The notes beneath the pieces are model-generated. The model ran no database searches. It saw only the letters and a list, made by a program, of their open reading frames with translations, and had not been told where the DNA came from. Shown here piece by piece: positions 58,921 to 64,000 of a DNA stretch of 64,000 nt (positions are counted from its first letter, which is position 1; each line of letters opens with the position of its first letter). Origin of the DNA: Obrimoposthia wandeli (Eukaryota); contig CDROCS010001802.1 of assembly GCA_977020255.1 (NCBI GenBank), forward strand, positions 124,001 to 188,000, given 5' to 3'. The position numbers and the translations under genes were made by a program.

Positions 58921-59090
58921 TTATCATAAATATATTTTGAAGAACTATGTTTGAATGAAAGCAATTCGTTACAATCAATTTTTTCATTGGAAAGATCCAT
59001 AGCAATATAATCAGTACATCCTGATAATATAATTAGAATGAGTGGTGGTAATAATAATTTAATAATTTTACTCCTATTTTTTAATACCAA
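58904..59090 (-). pseudogene. 5' part of the IS-interrupted lipoprotein gene
   Basis: Lipobox ILSGC; the last six residues (RQIQPT) in the ORF track come from the IS. Confidence 0.85.
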
Positions 59091-59145
59091 ATAATATCAT
59101 TTTTTTTAAAAAAATCAAGAAAATACTGATTAATCAGTTAAAGTG

Positions 59146-59174
59146 TTGATTTAAAAAAATGATTGTGTTATAGT
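59146..59174 (+). promoter_or_regulatory. sigma70-like promoter TTGATT-N17-TATAGT with extended -10 TG
   Basis: Lies upstream of an ORF-free structured region. Confidence 0.65.
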
Positions 59175-59180
59175 ATGTTT

Positions 59181-59561
59181 TCAAAGGTTGGTTTGATTTT
59201 ATCCTTAATGGGATATTGAATTACTCTCCTTTAACTTATTCCCATCGCACTATGGTAAAGTGTGGTCAACCATGAGACATGATTGGTGACTTGGAGATGT
59301 CGTATCTAACCTGAATGTTACATTTTTGATAAAAATAAAAATGCGGAGTTTGTAAATACTTCGACAGAAAGAATATCAGAATTTATTTTAAAATGATAAT
59401 AACAGGTTTAGGGCTTATAATCCGAAAATGTCTGATTATTTAGATTTGAATTGGTTGAATAAGCCATTGACGATTTAAGGTTCGGTAGTATCTTACTACA
59501 AGTCTTTAACCAATACGACCGTGTTAAACGCTATTTAAAGCCACCTTCGGGTGGCTTTTTT
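59181..59561 (+). ncRNA. Candidate structured ncRNA (~380 nt), family unknown
   Basis: Promoter-terminator unit with no ORF of 60 aa or more. Hairpins cgcact/agtgtg, gtca..acca/tggtgac, gtagta-tct-tactac; 5'/3' pairing gttggtt/aaccaat. Confidence 0.55.
59537..59561 (+). terminator. Intrinsic terminator with a cUUCGg loop
   Basis: aaagccacc-ttcg-ggtggctttttt. Confidence 0.9.
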
Positions 59562-59774
59562 ACTTTCTTTTATTTTAATATGACGATAATTATTTATACT
59601 AACAAAAATAATTTAAAATCCCTTTCCACGCTGCGTTGGCTTTGCTATACTAAATGTTACTATGTCGGTTAAAACAACAGAATTGTGCTTTACTTCTTTT
59701 ATTAATAGGAATATAATAGAGTTTCAAACTAGCCTTTTGGCTTACTCTTATTTCTTTTTTTAAAGGTATTAAAC

Positions 59775-60335
59775 ATGAAATTAAATCAAAAATTAGTAGA
59801 ATTATTCGATAAAGTATTTAGTAAGTCCGAGAAATCAGAAATGGCAGATATGTTTAATCTTTCAGTGGAAGAAGTAAGTAAAATTAATTCATCATCTGAT
59901 ATTAATATTTTAGAATCAATTTCACTTATTCATTCTAAAAATTCACAAGAATCATTAATTGAAAAAACAAATATTACAAAAGAAACTTTACTTGAGATGA
60001 ATCAAATTGTCCATATCTTTAATTTTGAACCAGAGTTAGTTCCAATTATTGGTATTACGGGACTAATTGACCATAAAGCAAAAAAAATAACATTCGAAAA
60101 CAATGGTGAAGTTGCTATAGTTAACTTTGAAAGTTATGATGAATGGGGTGCTTTTGAAATGTCAGGAAGTTTGTTTGACTATCAAATTTTACTTGATGAT
60201 AAGCTTTCACTTTGTATTTATGGTCTTATTTCAAATGGTGAAGGAAAGCCAATGAGTACAAATCATAGTCAAGAGATTGTGCTCGATTTTGACGAAATCA
60301 ATGATATGCCAGAAATGTTTTCACAATATCAATAA
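59775..60335 (+). CDS. Hypothetical acidic protein
   Basis: 186 aa with an AAGG RBS. Confidence 0.7.
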   Translation: MKLNQKLVELFDKVFSKSEKSEMADMFNLSVEEVSKINSSSDINILESISLIHSKNSQESLIEKTNITKETLLEMNQIVHIFNFEPELVPIIGITGLIDHKAKKITFENNGEVAIVNFESYDEWGAFEMSGSLFDYQILLDDKLSLCIYGLISNGEGKPMSTNHSQEIVLDFDEINDMPEMFSQYQ

Positions 60336-60352
60336 CAAATAGGATTTAAAAT

Positions 60353-60604
60353 ATGTATAAATTAGAAGAAGTATCTTTAGATGATGCAATTGCTGAATGT
60401 TCTGATGGTGAGGAAGTTTATTTTAGAATTTCTGAATTAAAGGGGCAATGGGTAATTGATAATAAAACAAGTGTACATATCCAAACAGAGATTATTGAAG
60501 ATGACGGAAAATCCATTGAAAAGGAAATTTCGTATATTCGAGTGAATAGTCACGAAGAGTTTGAGGATGGGAATCAGAAAACCTACATCTGGAAAGAGGT
60601 ATAA
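60353..60604 (+). CDS. Hypothetical protein
   Basis: 83 aa with an AGGA RBS; terminator gtcacc-gaaa-ggtggc downstream. Confidence 0.7.
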   Translation: MYKLEEVSLDDAIAECSDGEEVYFRISELKGQWVIDNKTSVHIQTEIIEDDGKSIEKEISYIRVNSHEEFEDGNQKTYIWKEV

Positions 60605-60703
60605 GTATAAGTCACCGAAAGGTGGCTTTTTTATTTAATTATTAAATATTTTTGTTTTTTTTAATATGAGGTATATAATAGATTAATTAATTAGGAGTTA
60701 TAT

Positions 60704-60943
60704 ATGGATTCATTTTTTCAAAGAAAGGAAGTAAAAGACGTATTGTTAAGTAGAGGAAAAGAATCGAGGAATATAGGTTCTTCGTTTTCAGCGGGAGATA
60801 AAAATGGACTTTTCACTAGAGAATATATTTCTTGGCAAGTTCGTAGTGCTCGGACAAAAGTTACAATGCACCTTAACGATGATGAGAGGGTTGCTTGGTT
60901 TAGAGATAATCCAGAACCACAAAACAAATATAAAAAAGTTTAA
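60704..60943 (+). CDS. Small hypothetical protein, tandem paralog 1
   Basis: MDSFFQRKEVKDVLLSRG... with an AGGAG RBS. Confidence 0.8.
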   Translation: MDSFFQRKEVKDVLLSRGKESRNIGSSFSAGDKNGLFTREYISWQVRSARTKVTMHLNDDERVAWFRDNPEPQNKYKKV

Positions 60944-60956
60944 TAGCGAGGTACTT

Positions 60957-61193
60957 ATGGATTCATTTTTTCAAAAAAAAGAAGTAAAAGACGTTTTGTT
61001 AAGTAGAGCAAAAAGTTCGAACAAAGTTGGATCATCCTTCTCAGGAAGCGATGAAAATGGAACGTTTACTAGGGAATACCTTTCTTGGCAACTTCATTGT
61101 GTTTGGGCAAAAGTTACAGTGCATCTTAACGATGAAGAAAGAGTAGCTTGGTTTGCAGAACATCCAGAGCCTCAAAACAAGTATGAAAAGTAG
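60957..61193 (+). CDS. Small hypothetical protein, tandem paralog 2
   Basis: Start re-set to ATG 60957 (GAGG RBS); MDSFFQKKEVKDVLLSRA... Confidence 0.8.
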   Translation: MDSFFQKKEVKDVLLSRAKSSNKVGSSFSGSDENGTFTREYLSWQLHCVWAKVTVHLNDEERVAWFAEHPEPQNKYEK

Positions 61194-61202
61194 AATAGTG
61201 AA

Positions 61203-62030
61203 ATGATTTTAAAAAAACAATCTTTTAAAAATAAAGATTTCTTATTTAAATATGCATTAAAAATAGTTAATGCTAATATGATATTCTTTTATAACCCACC
61301 GAAAGAAGATTATTTTACAATAGAGATGTTTATAGATAACTCATTTGAAGATTTAGTTAGCTCATTTAATGGTTACACAGCTAATGCTGTTCAGATAGAA
61401 CCAATAAAAGATAATAAAAACCTATTTGAAAAAGAGAAAATAAATAATACAGCAACATTTGGTTTAACTAATTTACTTGAAGTTGTATTTTTAGATGAAA
61501 AAAGAAAATTATACGAATTAAAGAAAACATTGACAAAATATTTATTAATGAAGAAATTAATCCATAATTTTACTTCTTCAGGTTCTTTCAATTATAAAGC
61601 ATTAAAAGAAACTAAAACGAAAATAGATAAGATGATTTATCACCTTGATCAATTAAATGGCTATAATATTGTAACTCGCTTAAAACCGACATTGGTAAAA
61701 GACAATTATTTAGAAATGAATAATATGTCTATTCCTGTCTCACCATTTAGTAATAGCCAAGTGTTTTATCTGTTAAATAAAGAAACAAAAGAAATCAGAG
61801 AATATAGAATAACATCTCTTGAATATCCATTTGATAAAGATAAATTAGGTAACTATCAGGCAAATATTGTTTATAAATTAACATCTTTAATTGATTCATT
61901 TGATTTGTTATTATCAGAAATAGACGGTGTTCAGGGTTTGTCAATTTATGAGGGTAGGTTTGATCAGCATACAAATGAGACTGATTTATATTTATTTACA
62001 GAAAAGAATGAAGCGTTAAATTTTCTATAA
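61203..62030 (+). CDS. Hypothetical protein, paralog family B
   Basis: C-terminal LFTEKNEALNFL motif. Confidence 0.7.
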   Translation: MILKKQSFKNKDFLFKYALKIVNANMIFFYNPPKEDYFTIEMFIDNSFEDLVSSFNGYTANAVQIEPIKDNKNLFEKEKINNTATFGLTNLLEVVFLDEKRKLYELKKTLTKYLLMKKLIHNFTSSGSFNYKALKETKTKIDKMIYHLDQLNGYNIVTRLKPTLVKDNYLEMNNMSIPVSPFSNSQVFYLLNKETKEIREYRITSLEYPFDKDKLGNYQANIVYKLTSLIDSFDLLLSEIDGVQGLSIYEGRFDQHTNETDLYLFTEKNEALNFL

Positions 62031-62097
62031 ATAATTAATCATATAATTAAAACAAAAAAACCATCCGAAGATGGTTTTTTATTAATAATTTAAGAAA

Positions 62098-62322
62098 TTA
62101 AGATCCAACAACCCAAATTTCAAACTCTTCATGTTCATTTTCAACATCTTCAACAATATAATCTTCGTAGGCGTGACAAGGAGAATGAATCTTTTGTTTT
62201 TTTAGCTCATATCGAAGAATTGCGGTTCTAATACGGCATCCATATTCAAAATCAGGCAACTCAGTTTCAGTATGGAAACAGAAAGTATCGGGATAATGTT
62301 TTACAGTGATTGTTTTAAGCAT
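62098..62322 (-). CDS. Hypothetical protein
   Basis: 74 aa, overlapping the upstream stop. Confidence 0.65.
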   Translation of the reverse strand: MLKTITVKHYPDTFCFHTETELPDFEYGCRIRTAILRYELKKQKIHSPCHAYEDYIVEDVENEHEEFEIWVVGS

Positions 62323-62617
62323 TTTTACGTCCTCTGATTAGTCGAGATATTTCTTTAGCTAGTTCGAATGAAGTGTCAAAAAAACCGTCTGGAAAATAGT
62401 CTACATTTCCATCATCTAAAATATTAACGATTTCGCCATTTAAATTAAAGTGATCAATAATAATATTGCCTTTTAAATGTTCAACTCTGCATTTAAACAT
62501 TTGTGTCTGATTTGAGAAGTGAATCACTTCTTTATCTTTGTTTTCTTGAAACCATTCTTCAAGACGGTGATCAGATACAGAATGTTCATTCGTAAAAATT
62601 ACGGTTGTAGGTTTCAT
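62315..62617 (-). CDS. Hypothetical protein
   Basis: 100 aa with an AAGG RBS. Confidence 0.7.
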   Translation of the reverse strand: MKPTTVIFTNEHSVSDHRLEEWFQENKDKEVIHFSNQTQMFKCRVEHLKGNIIIDHFNLNGEIVNILDDGNVDYFPDGFFDTSFELAKEISRLIRGRKNA

Positions 62618-62726
62618 AATTTACCTTGTTTATGCGTTTAACTGAATATTAATAATACGTTAATTATATTGTGATGTCAATAAAAAAGACCGTACAATAG
62701 GTCTTTTTTATTAAAACATTTATTTT

Positions 62727-63167
62727 TTAAAGGTTGCCAAGTGTTTCTTTTAACCCTTCTAGATCACGAAAGCTTTCTTGATCGTCTTCATTATCTTTAC
62801 AAGAATCATTTTTAATTTTATATTTTTCAAACACTTTAAAAAACATATCTGCTTCTACTTTAAAAGAACAGATGTCATTAGTTATGCTTAGAAAACGAAT
62901 AAAAAGGTTAGAAGATATTGCAATATCTCTTTCACTTTCTTCTTTCTGTTCATTTATGAGGATAGTAGGAACGTCATTACCTATCAACATAAAATAATCA
63001 TCTAAAATATTAATTTCAATATTGGAAGAATCAATGAAGCTTATTTTTACATTATGGGAATTTTTATCATTTTCAATGGATGAATTAAATATTTTCTGGA
63101 TGTATTTTACTTTTGACTCATCTTTGTATAATAATGAAAGTCTTTTTTTAGTCATTGACATTTTCAA
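62727..63167 (-). CDS. Hypothetical protein
   Basis: 146 aa. Confidence 0.65.
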   Translation of the reverse strand: MKMSMTKKRLSLLYKDESKVKYIQKIFNSSIENDKNSHNVKISFIDSSNIEINILDDYFMLIGNDVPTILINEQKEESERDIAISSNLFIRFLSITNDICSFKVEADMFFKVFEKYKIKNDSCKDNEDDQESFRDLEGLKETLGNL

Positions 63168-63217
63168 TCCTTTTTTATATTAATTAAGGGATGTATTATA
63201 TCAAAAAAAACTTTTAA

Positions 63218-63646
63218 TTACAATTTTATTCTTTCAAAGGTGGGGCGATATTTATTTTTAGGATTAGGCTTGTGATGTTCTAAATATTGGCAATTAATCA
63301 TAACATTATCTTTATCTGGGTTTATGTGTCTTATTCTTTTACAAATTATATCAAGATTTCCTTTTATAAAAGAGAACTCTTTGTTATTTAGAATTGTTAT
63401 TTTTTCACCATTGCTATAATTATGATTGGCTCTGTTTTTATATATTACAATAATATCTTCGGTTGTTTTCATTACACCAATTTCTTTCCAAGTTCCCTCG
63501 AAAGACTCTTGATTGATAAAACCGCTATTTTCTATTGTTTCACTGTAGGTAAAAGTAACTCCACCCATAATTGTTAATAAAAATAAGCTAATGATTCCAT
63601 TCTTTGTCTTCATCTTATATTTTTCCTTTGAATATTTTAAATTCAT
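63218..63646 (-). CDS. Secreted hypothetical protein
   Basis: Probable start at MKTKNGIISLFLLTIMGG (signal-like). Confidence 0.65.
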   Translation of the reverse strand: MNLKYSKEKYKMKTKNGIISLFLLTIMGGVTFTYSETIENSGFINQESFEGTWKEIGVMKTTEDIIVIYKNRANHNYSNGEKITILNNKEFSFIKGNLDIICKRIRHINPDKDNVMINCQYLEHHKPNPKNKYRPTFERIKL

Positions 63647-64000
63647 TGAAATTAAATGTTAAATTGTTATGTCCACCATCAAGCTCTATGTATTCAGTCT
63701 CTATATTGTTTTCAATAAAGGTATCTCTAATTTCTTTAGCAATATTAATGTGAAATAATTGATCTTTATCACCGTGTATAACTAACGCACTTTTTAATTT
63801 AGATTTTTTAGCGATCATTTCAATTTTCCAATCAGCTTCAAAATCCCAGAACAGCATCTTTGTAAGTAGCGGTTTAAATATTTTATGATCTGTGATAGCG
63901 TTGATAGGAGACATAAATCCAGATTGGATAACAAGATGGTCAACCAATTTAGGATAGGTTTCAGAAAAATGTAATGCGTGAGCACTGCCAATACTCTTTC
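63615..64000 (-). CDS. Alpha/beta hydrolase, partial (runs off the window end)
   Basis: The frame extends to the window edge: GKSIGSAHA (GxSxG), VIHGDKDQL, GGHNN. Confidence 0.85.
   Translation of the reverse strand, partial: KSIGSAHALHFSETYPKLVDHLVIQSGFMSPINAITDHKIFKPLLTKMLFWDFEADWKIEMIAKKSKLKSALVIHGDKDQLFHINIAKEIRDTFIENNIETEYIELDGGHNNLTFNFNEFKIFKGKI

Noticed and set aside
56537-59561. RNase P RNA or group I/II intron identity for the two large RNA candidates
   Set aside because: I found no GAGGAAAGTCC/P4 pair, no convincing P7 R/S elements and no domain V motif.
5979-61591. Numerous 60-115 aa ORFs antisense to or nested in longer genes (for example 5979, 7833, 14487, 15411, 16185, 16644, 22602, 24784, 24822, 27734, 28216, 37073, 47855, 49923, 53896, 57909, 61391)
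   Set aside because: These are shadow frames of AT-rich coding sequence (S/F/I-rich), or products of the 18-bp repeat.

Overview
This is a very AT-rich segment (roughly 25% GC by eye) with no chromosomal housekeeping genes and no recognisable phage structural or replication genes. It is dense in orphan ORFs, small paralogous families, strong sigma70-like promoters and intrinsic terminators. I infer it is the accessory region of a giant extrachromosomal element (megaplasmid or jumbo phage). The host is probably a diderm, possibly a marine gammaproteobacterium, given lipoboxes, an outer-membrane barrel, an HlyD remnant, a GGDEF protein and an SLT transglycosylase. Main contents: (i) 1-9.9 kb, a tandem array of six secreted modular proteins with 88-aa repeats and swappable fibrinogen-type tips; (ii) 21-29 kb, two giant surface proteins bracketed by a duplicated gene with a constant-variable-constant layout; (iii) dispersed paralog families; (iv) 45.2-45.7 kb, twin promoter-driven small RNA candidates plus a 40-bp tandem repeat; (v) a CoaB-like/aldolase/methyltransferase fusion coupled to an aminotransferase, and a diguanylate cyclase; (vi) 51.8-59.6 kb, an RNA-gene island holding a circularly permuted (two-piece) tmRNA, two large structured ORF-free transcription units, a putative homing endonuclease and a TnpB-only IS200/IS605 element whose exact ends can be deduced because removing it restores a 195-aa lipoprotein gene. 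All family assignments come from motif recognition by eye; no database searches were run.
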